IMG/VR virus record: IMGVR_UViG_3300026078_000029
Coordinates: 3,042 to 67,041 of that record
DNA length: 64,000 bases
Source: a virus
Direction: 5' to 3' (one strand)
Shown: positions 17,359 to 28,519 of the stretch, piece by piece
Position numbering within the stretch: the first letter of the stretch is position 1
Layout of the letters: each line of letters starts with the position of its first letter
Position numbers and translations under genes: made by a program
Notes under the pieces: model-generated
The model's input: only the letters and a program-made list of their open reading frames with translations
Databases searched by the model: none
What the model was told of the DNA's origin: nothing

Positions 17359-20300
17359 TATAAATTTAATAAATCTTTTGCTTCTTGTAATATTTCGTCT
17401 TGACCTATAGCATCGTCAATGCTATCATGAACAACTTTAGCCAAACTACCAATATTTATCTTACCCTCTACAATGTGGTTTCTCTTGTATTTATCCTCTG
17501 CAACGATATACCATTGGTCGGAATGGAGTAGATAGAGGAATATTTTAAAGGCTTTGGATAGTTTCATCTTTCTACTTTTTAATGCTTGCTATCAGTTTCT
17601 CTTGGCTGAAACGGAGACTTAATACCTTCAATATCTATTCCTGCCTCTTTTAGTTTATCCTGTAAATGACTGCGCCAATAATATCGTGGCCTGCCTTCTA
17701 CGGGTGGTTCGGGGAAGTCATAATATCCTAATAGCCATTTAAATATTTCGTCACGTGATTCTAGCGCCTTAGTCAACCTTTCTATGGTGGTGGATTGGGT
17801 GGCTGTATATTCATCCATAAGCTTAGCGACATTGTCTCTTGAGAACATATTGTTAAATGGCAGTTTTGTAGGATATTTTGATTCTATAAATTCCTCTGCC
17901 GTACCTGTTACTAATGGGGACTCGCGGTCAAGGTTGTAGGATTGCTGCATAGCATTGAGGACCGATGTGGTAATCAGATATCCACACCCCATTTTGTTCA
18001 ATATCTGTTCAAACTTGGGAATTATTTCGCTTTGTTTCTTTTCCATGTTGTTATCCCTCCCAAGGTTGTAGATTATCAAATTCGATTGGATTCATTTTAC
18101 CTATTATTACTTTTTCAACATCTCTTAACGAGAATGCACCTGATTTTATTAATCCACGCCAACCTCCTTCTTGTTCCCATTGCTCCAATGAGAATATATA
18201 ATCGGGTAAGTCGTAAAACTTTACCACTTTGACGTTTACGGGTTCGTATACTCCTTTGTAATTATAGTCGCTCATATCATTTTCCTTTAAGTGTTACTTT
18301 TTATTCCCCAATTCAAAACATCTTAACATTACATCATTAAGGTCGTAGTCTCCTTTTTCAAATCGGTTCTTTATCTTTTCAAATTCTGTTAGTGGCAACT
18401 TCCCTTCCCCCTCTTTCTGCTCGACAATTGGAACCCATATTTGGCGAAAGGCATCAGGCATATCATTTACCAATTCTTCTGCATAATAAGCATTAGCATC
18501 TTTCCACCTAATTTCTTTATCAATTCCTGCTTGCACCAAATCTTTATTTACTCTTATTTGCCACCTCAATTCTGCTAAAATAGTTTTTCCTGGTTCGGTG
18601 TTGACGATGGCCGGGCAGGGGAACCACGGCTGTTTAGCATAAAATGAATCGGACGCGGCTTTATTCGAAAAAGCGTAATCTTTGGCTTCTGTACCCATGT
18701 AGTCTTTTACAATAATTTGGGTGGGTTGGTTCATGGCTTAATTAGTTTAAGTTTATCAATATCATCTTCATAAAAGTTCAATGAGAATTTAGCACCAATT
18801 TTAATGCGTCTAATCTCCCCATCAGGGTTAAACTCTACATTCCTTATCTTGCCATTGCGCCAAATAGGATAGTTATCCCTAATCTCTTTTGGTATGTCAT
18901 GTTTATTAATCTTTGGCTTTCCTGAGCTGTGACACATTAAATCTACTTGACATATGTTTTGATATTCCTGAGTCCCCTTAAACTCTTCCAACGCCTTTTT
19001 ATGGTCGTAAGTCAAGTATTGAAATTTACCGCCATTTAATGCGTGGTCGAGGATTGTTTTAAGATTTGTCTCCATATCCTTTTACTCACTTGCTTTTGGG
19101 GTTAATAATGATTTGTAGTAGGAAACGCCCCGATTTAATGGTTTCGGGAATGCTTCTATATTCTTTAGCATTTCGGCGGTAGCATCTTCCACCCGTTGCC
19201 AACTTTTGCCTTTTGGCTCGAATACGGGCAATCCGTAAACTACACAATAAGCCATTACCTTATCGTAATCTTCTACGGCTGTGACTTTCATAACCGCATG
19301 GTGCATTGATACTATACTCATAATTCTTTCTCCATTTTAATCCACCCGAAAACAAGGGCGGCTGATTAATTATACCAGTTATGATGGCAGCGTAAACAAT
19401 ACGCCTGACCGCCTCCAATGCCCATATTACTAATCAATGTTGGAATAGTACAGGAACACCATGTATTGCCCGAATCATCCGTGTGTGGCTTCCTGTAGCC
19501 AAATAACGGGGACTTGCTATACTCCTGCTTTTCGGTCTGCTCTTTTGGTATGTTCATTGGGTGGGGTTATTTAATTTTATTATATACTAATTCTGCCATT
19601 TTTTGAACGGCTTCAAATGTTTCTTTATCTGAATTTGGATTCATATTTACATGAATGGTCCCCACCTTTGTGGACAGATAAAAGTGATTTTTAAGATTAT
19701 TTCGCTTGGCCTTTTTCATTTTTCTCCCCCTTTTAATTATTGTTACCTATTGATAGGATGTGGTTAAACATTAGAATACCCTTTATAAAAATAACTTGAG
19801 TTGACAGCATGTGTTGAATTGTCGGTTTCATACAATGGCACCCACGGGCAATCGTATGTATCCATTTCAGAAGATGTTGCAGCATTGTTTCCAACTCTCA
19901 ATACAGGTATACCACAAACCTTACTTTCATCATAGTACCTGCTTTCGTGGCAATCAACAAATAAAAAGTATTGTGGCGGATAAGCCATGTTTCTCAAGCC
20001 TGCTGCAACTTTTTCAATTTCAGTTTTCATACTCTTTGGTGTTTTACTGTTTTATATTGATTAGGGGTTAACGATCTAATGTGTTTGATGCTGAACCATC
20101 TTTGCCAATTGATATGTGATGTTTTTCCCAATTAGGATGACGTGACGATACATTATTTACAAATCCTTGTCGCCACTCTTCGGCTTCTTTTCTGGCTTCT
20201 GCCAATTGTTTTTTAAGTTGTGAAACCTCAAAACTATCACCACGAGTATCAACATATCCAAATGCCATAGATTGCGTTTCGATAGCTCCGATAATGCCAT

Positions 20301-20424
20301 CAGCTATTTCATTTTGCTTTTCGCGTGGTATTGAGTTCCAAATATCAGCAAGTCCAGCCTCGTCAAATATGCACGATAGTGATTCGGCGTAATAATCTAT
20401 TTTGTATTGTTCTTGTTTCATCAT
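17358..20424 (-). other. Leftward array of small hypothetical phage genes (17358-17567, 17579-18046, 18051-18275, 18294-18734, 18731-19075, 19082-19321, 19366-19557 Cys-rich, 19764-20030, 20068-20424)
   Basis: Tightly packed co-oriented ORFs; no recognisable domains. Confidence 0.55.
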
Positions 20425-20624
20425 CTTAAGTTTAGTTTCTATTAATACCCCGGCTGTATTTCAGCAAGAGGGCTGTTTGGTTATAAAATTGTAAATATTA
20501 TACATGCCAAGTGCAGCGATCAGCGTGTAAGCACCCATACCTAACCAATCCGATTTAACTAAATCTATACCACATATAATGCCTGATAAAAAGCAGAGTA
20601 ATGCCTGCAGGATTATTCTTGTTC

Positions 20625-20885
20625 TCATCTAGTGCTATCCTTTCTGATTTCAGAATGGTCGGCTATAAATGAAGCGGTGTCAATCCTAGTAGTGTCAAAT
20701 CTCACATAATTGGCGGCAGTCACAATTACGCAGGTGTCAATCGATATTGTTCCCATACTGGCAATAGTGACACTGTCCTGTGCCTGTGTGCTACTCTCTG
20801 CCTTGCGTTGCCTCTCACACCCAATCGCCAAAATTATCAAAATGGCGAGGAGGCAGGCGGTTTCGGTGGGGGAAAGTTTTTTCAT
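20625..20885 (-). CDS. Putative lipoprotein
   Basis: Hydrophobic stretch ending LAIG-C lipobox; several D-S/T motifs. Confidence 0.5.
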   Translation of the reverse strand: MKKLSPTETACLLAILIILAIGCERQRKAESSTQAQDSVTIASMGTISIDTCVIVTAANYVRFDTTRIDTASFIADHSEIRKDSTR

Positions 20886-21082
20886 GATATACGGGTTACT
20901 TTATAAACACCATTTTCAGTTTCAGCCACAATTACTATCGGGGCGAAGTTCTTATTATGATAACGCCAAGCCGTGAGCATGGAATTATACTTTGATTTCT
21001 TCACGTTAAAACTATCACCGACTTGCATAGTCTTAAATGGATAGGTTTGCTTACGCTCTTTTAATATTGAGTTGTTTGCCAT
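20882..21082 (-). CDS. Small conserved phage protein (YPF..M.VGDSF family)
   Basis: TYPFKTMQVGDSF...V.R motif. Confidence 0.5.
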   Translation of the reverse strand: MANNSILKERKQTYPFKTMQVGDSFNVKKSKYNSMLTAWRYHNKNFAPIVIVAETENGVYKVTRIS

Positions 21083-21119
21083 TATATTAAATTCAGTTTT
21101 TTTTGCCGACTTAAGATAG

Positions 21120-21272
21120 TTACATATTTATCCTAACCCGTTCATATCTTTTTATCATTTCTTTAGCATCATTCCATCTGCCTTGTTTGCAGTATTTTAA
21201 TGCCGAATCATTTATATGAGCCAGCGTTGACATTTTTCGGAATGGATATAATAATGCTTTTAAAAAATTCAT
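21120..21272 (-). CDS. Hypothetical protein
   Basis: Likely start MNFLKALL; the upstream in-frame extension runs through hairpins. Confidence 0.4.
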   Translation of the reverse strand: MNFLKALLYPFRKMSTLAHINDSALKYCKQGRWNDAKEMIKRYERVRINM

Positions 21273-21469
21273 TTCTAATATTTTATTGTCCCCATATCTC
21301 TTGCTTTCGCATTGTAGGCGTGACATGGACGCCTCGTTATTTATATGGTGCCAGCGGAGGCCACCTTTAGGGTGGCTTTCCTTCATGTTACTCATACAGG
21401 TTTGTTTCGAACCGCCCCTATACTTTCTTAAGACGTGCTATATTGACACTATCCCCGCCATGTATTTGT

Positions 21470-21620
21470 CTTTCGACTTTGTAAAGGTAAAAACTATTTC
21501 CCATATACGCAACAAAAATATTTAAAAATATTTTAAAATAAATTTCCTAATATCAAAACTTATACCCAACTTTGTTCCCACACCCCGAAAGATTGGAGGG
21601 GGAAAGGAGAGTAAAACAAG
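21470..21620. promoter_or_regulatory. Divergent promoter region between leftward and rightward operons
   Basis: Strand switch; AT-rich AAAATATTT repeats; TACCTTTAC (minus) and AACTTTG (plus) -7-like boxes. Confidence 0.55.
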
Positions 21621-21621
21621 C

Positions 21622-21915
21622 ATGAACTTAGCAACCTATACACAAGAATATACTCAACAATTTTTTGAGTTTAAAGATTGGGAACAAGCTTTCAGAGTAT
21701 ACTATGAAGATTATAAATTGCATGGTGATAATATTCAATTTGTAGTTAGCTTTAATCCGTATGATAGTGGTTATTGGATTGAAAAAGCAGGGACTGAATT
21801 AGGTGGTTCAGCAAGGATTTATAATCATAAAAAAATTATCGCTTTAAAGTCGCGTATTAAAAAGGAAATAGCATTGGCTAAAATTGAGGGGCGTTCACCA
21901 AGATTTATATCATAA
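21622..21915 (+). CDS. Hypothetical protein
   Basis: First ORF of rightward operon. Confidence 0.5.
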   Translation: MNLATYTQEYTQQFFEFKDWEQAFRVYYEDYKLHGDNIQFVVSFNPYDSGYWIEKAGTELGGSARIYNHKKIIALKSRIKKEIALAKIEGRSPRFIS

Positions 21916-21935
21916 ACCAAATAACTCATTGACAT

Positions 21936-22169
21936 ATGGAAAAGCAAATAGAAGAAACATTCGACGCAAAGCAGGCCCACGAAGTACACGCCAAATGGTG
22001 TAAAGACAACCAATGGCCTCACTTTGCACCCACTCAATTCTGCTACGATTGCAGGCAGGATATTTATAAGCAAATCGATCACGGCACTTATAAAACAGGT
22101 ATATCAGTCGAGCGTGCTAATGGCCCTATTACTGGTTGCCCTCATTGCCATCATTCTTATTGCGATTAA
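21936..22169 (+). CDS. Zn-finger-like protein
   Basis: CYDC and CPHC motifs. Confidence 0.55.
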   Translation: MEKQIEETFDAKQAHEVHAKWCKDNQWPHFAPTQFCYDCRQDIYKQIDHGTYKTGISVERANGPITGCPHCHHSYCD

Positions 22170-22214
22170 ACCCTTTCACCCCCGGTTAGCAAGTGAGGGG
22201 AAAATAAAAGAGAT

Positions 22215-22559
22215 ATGAAAGAATTTGAAGGAACAAAAGGCCCGTGGTTGGTACATGATACCTACGAAGAGTATAATGATTATACGCCTGAAAATCCACA
22301 AATAATAGTTTGGGACGGCGACGAACAAGCCTCAAAATATATTTGTGATATGGGCGAAATGGGTGATTTTAATTATGCAGAAGAATTGGCTAATGCCAAA
22401 CTGATTGCTGCCGCACCAGAATTATTAGAGGCACTACAATTACTATTAAGCCACGCGCCAAGTATAGAAGACTTAGGGGGCAAAAAAACTGCCTTTAGTA
22501 ATTCATTCGGCGAAGCTATTGGAAAAGCAGAATCCGCACTTAACAAAGCATTATCATGA
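22215..22559 (+). CDS. Conserved phage protein (ANAKLIAAAPELLEAL family)
   Basis: TKGPW and ANAKLIAAAPELLEAL motifs. Confidence 0.65.
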   Translation: MKEFEGTKGPWLVHDTYEEYNDYTPENPQIIVWDGDEQASKYICDMGEMGDFNYAEELANAKLIAAAPELLEALQLLLSHAPSIEDLGGKKTAFSNSFGEAIGKAESALNKALS

Positions 22560-22750
22560 GCCTCCCCACCCTCCTCCAACAACTTGAATCCGGTTCAATA
22601 TCGGCTGCGCAGGCAGAGCAGGAAATTAGGGATGAGATTGAACGGGTGCGGAACGAGTCGTTCCACTTGGTTTGGCGCAGTGCTTGCAGAGAGTTGAAAA
22701 TGGCGTTTGAATTAGAAACTAAATCACATAAACATGAAAATAGAAATTAA
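22556..22750 (+). CDS. Hypothetical protein
   Basis: ATGA-coupled ORF. Confidence 0.45.
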   Translation: MSLPTLLQQLESGSISAAQAEQEIRDEIERVRNESFHLVWRSACRELKMAFELETKSHKHENRN

Positions 22751-23006
22751 CTTAAACGGCAACAAATACTCAATCACGGTTGAGGGTAATTGCTTTACTG
22801 CCACTAAGTATGGCGAAAACCAAAAGTCAGGCGAAGAAACATCGCGGGATTTAGGATACTTCAATAAGCTATCTAACGCTTGTTTACGGCTATGTAGGGA
22901 AGAGGTAGCGCAATCGGATGACGTTGTAGACCTGAAAGAGTTTGCCTCGCGTATAGAGGCTATAAATAAGCAATTACTGGAACAATTGGAAGGGGTACAG
23001 ATATGA
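22734..23006 (+). CDS. Hypothetical phage protein
   Basis: LGYF..LS.A motif; operon context. Confidence 0.5.
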   Translation: MKIEINLNGNKYSITVEGNCFTATKYGENQKSGEETSRDLGYFNKLSNACLRLCREEVAQSDDVVDLKEFASRIEAINKQLLEQLEGVQI

Positions 23007-23173
23007 GCAAACATCGATCAATCCAATCAACCGTACACCCGCCAAAAAGACTGCCGTTTAATAAATGGGCGCTCTACATAAAGGCGCAGATAATCAAGTC
23101 CAATTAAGTGGCTTTATAGCTTGATAAGATTTTAAAAAAGCAATTTCTATAACATAACATAATACTTAACAAC

Positions 23174-23983
23174 ATGAAAAAAGAACAATTACAGGTTATG
23201 GGCGAACAGTCGGCCATAAGCCAATTCAGTCAAACAGACGTTGACATTATTAAAAATTCGGTTGCCAAAGGTACAACGGATGCAGAGTTAAAGTACTTCC
23301 TTGCCGTTGCCGCATCAACCGGGCTTAACCCATTTCAAAAAGAAATATGGTGTTACAAGTCAGGCAACGATATGCTGATCTTCGCCGGGCGCGATGGCTT
23401 CCTTTCCAACGCACAACGCAAATCTGATTTTCGCGGTATCCGGTCCGCGTACGTTTGTGAAAAGGACAAATTTAAAATGAATGTTGTATCCGGCCATATT
23501 GAACACGAGTTTTCACAGGCTGATCGCGGTAATATCGTTGGGGCTTATGCCATAGTGAAACGTGACAATATGGATAGTTTTATTGCTTGGGCTTCATTTG
23601 CTGAATTTAACAAGGGTTACAACGCATGGAAATCAAATCCTGGCAGCATGATTAAAAAGGTTGCCGAAGCCCACGCGCTAAAGCAGGCTTACTCGCTATC
23701 GGGTATTGACTCCGAACACGATTATGACTTTCAGCGCAATACTTTTGCCTCTCCGTCAGAAGACACCGACTTCACAGAAATAATTCCTCCTGCACCATTA
23801 GAAGTGCCTGAAACGATCATTAACGCCATTGCTGATGCAAAGACATTGGATGAACTGACGGCAATCTTTAATGACAATACCGCGCTACATGGCGAGGCTT
23901 TGTTTATAAAGGCGATGGGAGAACGTAAACAGCAAATTAAAAAGGCGGCCAAAAATGAACAAGCAGCAAACGTTCAACCGTAA
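23174..23983 (+). CDS. recT: RecT/Bet single-strand annealing protein
   Basis: GLNPFQKEIW, GRDGF, WKSNPGSMIKKVAEAHALKQAY motifs. Confidence 0.85.
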   Translation: MKKEQLQVMGEQSAISQFSQTDVDIIKNSVAKGTTDAELKYFLAVAASTGLNPFQKEIWCYKSGNDMLIFAGRDGFLSNAQRKSDFRGIRSAYVCEKDKFKMNVVSGHIEHEFSQADRGNIVGAYAIVKRDNMDSFIAWASFAEFNKGYNAWKSNPGSMIKKVAEAHALKQAYSLSGIDSEHDYDFQRNTFASPSEDTDFTEIIPPAPLEVPETIINAIADAKTLDELTAIFNDNTALHGEALFIKAMGERKQQIKKAAKNEQAANVQP

Positions 23984-24146
23984 GGAAGTTCGGGAGTTGC
24001 TCAAAAGGCAAATTAAAGCCAGTGTGGAAAGTTACAACCGCGCTGGCCCCGACCCTTTTCTCATTAGGTTCTGCATGTCGCAATATTGCGATGAAATGGG
24101 CAGAACATCAAAGCGTCTTAAAAATGTTAAACCTATCAAATTTTAA
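23955..24146 (+). CDS. Hypothetical protein
   Basis: ORF between recT and nuclease. Confidence 0.4.
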   Translation: MNKQQTFNRKEVRELLKRQIKASVESYNRAGPDPFLIRFCMSQYCDEMGRTSKRLKNVKPIKF

Positions 24147-24149
24147 ACC

Positions 24150-25013
24150 ATGTCAGAATTAGTAGAAGAAATAGAAGAGGTCGTCATTATCCAAGACTTC
24201 AAACAAAAATTAGATCAGCTAATTGATGATTTAATGACCGGCAAAAAACTATTGTCATTCAGTAGTTTAAAAAAATTCAGAGATACCCCCATAGATTTTG
24301 TAAATTACGTCTTACAAAAGCCGGAGCAAACAGAGGCTATGTTTTTAGGCACCGTCATTCACTGCCTGGTTTTAGAGCCTGAAAAGTTTGACGAACGATA
24401 TACAGTCATGGATGACACGGCAAAGGTGGCTGAAATTGGTGGTGGTAACCCACGCAATACCAATCTATACAAGGAATGGAAAGCGAATTTTTTGGCTAAT
24501 GTTAAAGGTACTGTAATCACAATTAAGATACATGAACAGGCAAAAGCCATCGCAAATAATATAATGTTCAACCGGGCTGCAAAAAAGATAATATCTTTAT
24601 GTCCTGAACGTGAAAAGTACATTGAATGGCAATATAAAAACTTCGGCTTTAGAGGATATATTGATCTTAACGGCCAGAAGTTAAAAGCTGACCTTAAATT
24701 AGTCCCAGATGCTTCACCACGTAAGGCACAACGCACTATTATTGACAGATGGATATACGGGCAGGCTGCAATGTATCTTACAGAGGAGGGCGTTAAAGTG
24801 CCGTTTTATATAATAGCCTTTGATCGCAAGGGAGGCGTGTCGGTTCACAAATTGGATAAGTCACTTATTGATCACGGCTTAGAGGAATACGAAACGGTTG
24901 TAGACAAATTTAACGAATGTTTGATCAAAGAAAACTTTAATCAATCGTACGACTTCTGGGCAGAAAGTTGGGACGGAATTTTCGTCTGCGATAAGCCAGC
25001 ATATATGTATTAA
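24150..25013 (+). CDS. PD-(D/E)XK exonuclease (RecE/ExoVIII-like)
   Basis: LSFSSLK, GTVIHCLVLEP, RGYID...DLK, Q.AMY motifs; adjacent to recT. Confidence 0.8.
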   Translation: MSELVEEIEEVVIIQDFKQKLDQLIDDLMTGKKLLSFSSLKKFRDTPIDFVNYVLQKPEQTEAMFLGTVIHCLVLEPEKFDERYTVMDDTAKVAEIGGGNPRNTNLYKEWKANFLANVKGTVITIKIHEQAKAIANNIMFNRAAKKIISLCPEREKYIEWQYKNFGFRGYIDLNGQKLKADLKLVPDASPRKAQRTIIDRWIYGQAAMYLTEEGVKVPFYIIAFDRKGGVSVHKLDKSLIDHGLEEYETVVDKFNECLIKENFNQSYDFWAESWDGIFVCDKPAYMY

Positions 25014-25261
25014 CCCCCATACCTAACGCAAGCAGTTTAAAAAAGATGACATATTTTGCAGCCCAAGACATCCGCAGTTACAACCGTTCCCAATATTGCG
25101 CCCAAAACGACCCGCTAACCCTCATTCGCTCAGATGGCCTAGAGTGGGTCAGCGCTTCCCCTGCCTGGTTGAGATGCTTAGCGAGAATGAGGTGGTGGTT
25201 TTGGTGGAAGAGGAAATAAAGGAAGTTAAAAGTCAGTTAAGTTTATTTTAGTATATTAGTT

Positions 25262-25347
25262 TACCCGGCCAGCCAGCGGAATTAAGAAGCTTTAAAACGA
25301 GCTATTAGGGGGATCGTCTGGCTGGCGTGAACCCGAATAGCTTTTTT
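25262..25347 (+). promoter_or_regulatory. Leader RNA A (5' segment complementary to terminator loop)
   Basis: GCCAGCCAG 25268-76 pairs with CTGGCTGGC 25318-26 inside the AGCTATT/AATAGCT hairpin plus T tract. Confidence 0.6.
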
Positions 25348-25353
25348 GATTTT

Positions 25354-26721
25354 ATGGATTATATACAATTCTTAGAACGGAAAAAACATCTAATTGGTGA
25401 CTTTGGTTTTGAAGCTACGTGGTATCCCGATATCGCTTTTGATTTCCAAAGGTTTATAATAGAGAAATCTATCAGAAAAGGCCGGATAGGTAATTTCATT
25501 GACACTGGATTGGGCAAGACACTTATTCAACTTTCGGAAGCTTTCAACATCATTTTACACACCAATAAAAAAGTACTAATCTTAACGCCGCTGGCAGTTG
25601 CTTTCCAGTTCATATTAGAGGCTGAAAAGATTGGTATTGATGATATTGAATACTCAAAAGATGGCAAGCATACTAAAAAAATCGTACTTTGTAATTACGA
25701 ACGGTTACACCTTTTTGATACATCTGATTTTGTTGCCGTCATATGTGACGAAAGTTCAATACTTAAAAACTTTGATGGTAAAATAAAGGCACAAATAACA
25801 GCTTTTGTAAAGAAAATACCTTATCGTTTCTTATCGACCGCGACCCCTTCGCCTAATGATTTTATAGAACTTGGCACATCATCCGAAGCTTTAGGATATA
25901 TGGGATATATGGATATGTTAGGTAAATTCTTTAAGAACAATCAAAATAGCGTTGATAGTTCAAACCGGAATATTGGCGAAAAATGGTATCTGAAACCACA
26001 TGCCGAAAATGATTTTTTTGCTTGGGTAAACCAATGGTCTATTATGTGTAAGATGCCATCCGACTTAGGATTTTCAGATGAGCGTTATATTTTGCCTAAC
26101 CTAATTATTAACGATCACGTTGTAAAAAATCAATCACTTATCGACGTCAACGGTCAGATCCAAATGTTTACGCCTATGGCTAAATCCATGACCGAAGTCA
26201 GGCATGAACAAAAACAAACCGAAACTAAACGTTGTGAAAAAGCTTGCGAATTAGCTGCCGGTAAAATTTCTGTCTATTGGTGTAACACAAATAATGAAAG
26301 CGCGTTACTCCGGGGTCTGGATAAAGAAGCCGTAGAAATAATAGGCAGCCAATCTATTGAGCAAAAAGAAGAAGCTTTAAAGGCATTTGCGTCTGGCGAT
26401 ATAAAGCGGCTAATCACCAAAGCTAAAATGACAGGCATGGGCCTTAACTGGCAGCACTGCAACCATTCAGTATTTTTTCCTACCTGGAGCTATGAGCAGT
26501 GGTATCAATCTATCCGCAGGTTTTGGCGTTTCGGACAGGTCAACGATGTGACTATCGACCGGGTAACATCGGACGGTCAGCGCCGGGTTATGGATGCCAT
26601 AGACCAAAAAACAGATAAGGCCATAAACCTGCACGGGAAATTAACCCAAAGTGTAAACAGTTCTTTTACGCATACATATAAACCATTTAATAAAGAAGTT
26701 TTAAAACCCTCATTTATATGA
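25354..26721 (+). CDS. SNF2-like SF2 helicase
   Basis: DTGLGKT, DESS, TATPSPND, GMGLNWQ, QSIRRFWRFGQ. Confidence 0.85.
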   Translation: MDYIQFLERKKHLIGDFGFEATWYPDIAFDFQRFIIEKSIRKGRIGNFIDTGLGKTLIQLSEAFNIILHTNKKVLILTPLAVAFQFILEAEKIGIDDIEYSKDGKHTKKIVLCNYERLHLFDTSDFVAVICDESSILKNFDGKIKAQITAFVKKIPYRFLSTATPSPNDFIELGTSSEALGYMGYMDMLGKFFKNNQNSVDSSNRNIGEKWYLKPHAENDFFAWVNQWSIMCKMPSDLGFSDERYILPNLIINDHVVKNQSLIDVNGQIQMFTPMAKSMTEVRHEQKQTETKRCEKACELAAGKISVYWCNTNNESALLRGLDKEAVEIIGSQSIEQKEEALKAFASGDIKRLITKAKMTGMGLNWQHCNHSVFFPTWSYEQWYQSIRRFWRFGQVNDVTIDRVTSDGQRRVMDAIDQKTDKAINLHGKLTQSVNSSFTHTYKPFNKEVLKPSFI

Positions 26722-27797
26722 AAAAAATCACAGAAAATATTGCCAATCCGAAACGTAAAAATCCAAATACACTTACCACTACGTTATCAGGCACAACAAA
26801 GGAGCAATTAATAACCGATCAATATGCAATTTATAATTCTGATTGCATGGAAGTATTGCCAACACTCGCTAATGAAAGTATTGATTTATCCATATACTCA
26901 CCCCCATTTGCAGGGCTTTATAACTATTCCAGCGATCACCGCGACTTTTCCAACTGTGAATCTAAAGAGCAATTTTTAGAACAGTATGAATTTTTAATTG
27001 CTGAAATTGCCAGGGTAACTAAACCCGGCCGGATATCGGCTGTTCATTGCACAGATGTTTTTGATAACACTTGCAGGCTTTGGGATTTCCCACATGAAAT
27101 TATTAAACTGCACGAAAAATATAGCTTTGAATACCGAAACCGGATAACTATTTGGAAAGAGCCATTAAAAGTGCGCATGCGCACTATGGTGCAATCATTA
27201 ATGCATAAATTTATAGTTGAAGATAGCACCAAATGCTTTACCGCTATGCCTGATTATGTATTGGTGTTTACCAAAAAGGGTGATAATTTAGTCCCAGTTA
27301 TACACCCATTTGGCATTAACGAATATGCCGGAGAAACTCCAATATTGCCAAATATACTGCGGGCCTGGAATAATGCTAATAATAGCAATCTTAATGAAGA
27401 TCAACTTTGGGAACACCTTAATAAAATTAATGAGGAAGATAAAATAACCAAACTTAATCATTACATCTGGCAACGCTATGCTTCCTCTGTTTGGGATGAT
27501 ATTCGGATTGATAATGTTTTGCCATTCAGAGATAGTAAAGACCCAGATGATGAAAAGCACGTTCATGCTCTACAATTAGATGTTATTGATAGGCTGGTTG
27601 AATTATATAGCAATCCTGGCGAAGTTGTGTTAACACCTTTTATGGGCGTTGGAAGCGAATGTTATAGCCCTGTTTCAATGGGACGAAAAGCTATCGGCAT
27701 AGAGCTAAAGGATAGCTATTATAAACAGGCAATTGAAAATATGAAATTAGTAAAAAGTAGGTATCGTGTAAAAGTTCAACAAACCCCCCTATTTTAA
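26718..27797 (+). CDS. DNA amino-methyltransferase (N4-C/N6-A, beta class)
   Basis: SPPF catalytic motif precedes PFMGVGS SAM-binding motif; IGIELK. Confidence 0.85.
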   Translation: MKKITENIANPKRKNPNTLTTTLSGTTKEQLITDQYAIYNSDCMEVLPTLANESIDLSIYSPPFAGLYNYSSDHRDFSNCESKEQFLEQYEFLIAEIARVTKPGRISAVHCTDVFDNTCRLWDFPHEIIKLHEKYSFEYRNRITIWKEPLKVRMRTMVQSLMHKFIVEDSTKCFTAMPDYVLVFTKKGDNLVPVIHPFGINEYAGETPILPNILRAWNNANNSNLNEDQLWEHLNKINEEDKITKLNHYIWQRYASSVWDDIRIDNVLPFRDSKDPDDEKHVHALQLDVIDRLVELYSNPGEVVLTPFMGVGSECYSPVSMGRKAIGIELKDSYYKQAIENMKLVKSRYRVKVQQTPLF

Positions 27798-27823
27798 CCA
27801 CCCCGTAAAAAATTATCACAAAA

Positions 27824-28306
27824 ATGGAACAATTCGAATGGAGCGAAAGCGGATTGCAATTACTGGCTATATTCAAAGGTAAAATAGCATCAGAGGGCGG
27901 ACATTTCGCATTATGGTCTAAAATGCGCCGGGAACTAAGGCCAGTATTACAACATGCCATACCGGTTCGTAAAGCTAAACGCAGCCCATATAAACACCCC
28001 CATGCGCGATTTGTACTTGATAATTGGAAGGAGATGAGTGTTTATAAAATGGCTGCAATGACAGGAATGTCTCCGGCTGGTGTGTCCAGGTTAAGTAAAG
28101 CACTTCGGCTTCGGAATAAAAAATATATTTGGAATAAGACAGGTCGAAAGCCGGTTGAGAAATCATTAGTATTCGATACTGAAACCGGTATATTTTATTT
28201 TTCTTGCGCTGAGGCTTCGCGCGCTTTATGTATTAACGAGCGGACTTTTCAATGTTATATGTCTGGCGCCCGCAAATGGTATACCCGCTGTGTTCGCCTC
28301 TGTTAA
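27824..28306 (+). CDS. Basic HTH DNA-binding protein
   Basis: Two HTH-like segments (SVYKMAAMTGMSPAGVSR; SCAEASRALCINERT, NUMOD1-like). Confidence 0.5.
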   Translation: MEQFEWSESGLQLLAIFKGKIASEGGHFALWSKMRRELRPVLQHAIPVRKAKRSPYKHPHARFVLDNWKEMSVYKMAAMTGMSPAGVSRLSKALRLRNKKYIWNKTGRKPVEKSLVFDTETGIFYFSCAEASRALCINERTFQCYMSGARKWYTRCVRLC

Positions 28307-28395
28307 CAACTTTCTCCAAAGTTTGTTTTGTTTTTGCGTGTTGGAATGGTATATTTAGTAAGAAAAACGTTCTTTATCTTTTTAATCTAAATTAG

Positions 28396-28490
28396 TATTT
28401 TTGTGAGGTAGTAGCCACGGAGATACTACGCTTATACACACATTAATATTAAAACTGCCCGCGCTTGCTACTACCTTGCCGGGCTTTTTT
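28396..28490 (+). promoter_or_regulatory. Promoter plus leader RNA B
   Basis: TATTTTTG box; AGGTAGTAGC 28406-15 pairs with GCTACTACCT 28467-76 inside the GCCCG/CGGGC hairpin plus T tract. Confidence 0.6.
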
Positions 28491-28519
28491 GTCTTTATGC
28501 TTTTTTACCTTTAATCTTT

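Noticed and set aside
21399-21458. Functional tRNA gene or hammerhead ribozyme
   Set aside because: No acceptor-stem or adjacent T-stem pairing; CGAAAC and CTGTATGAG are too close for a hammerhead; kept only as a low-confidence structured RNA
25354-27797. Host defence system (DISARM or restriction-modification)
   Set aside because: The SNF2-like helicase plus methylase pair is common in phage early regions, and no partner defence genes are present
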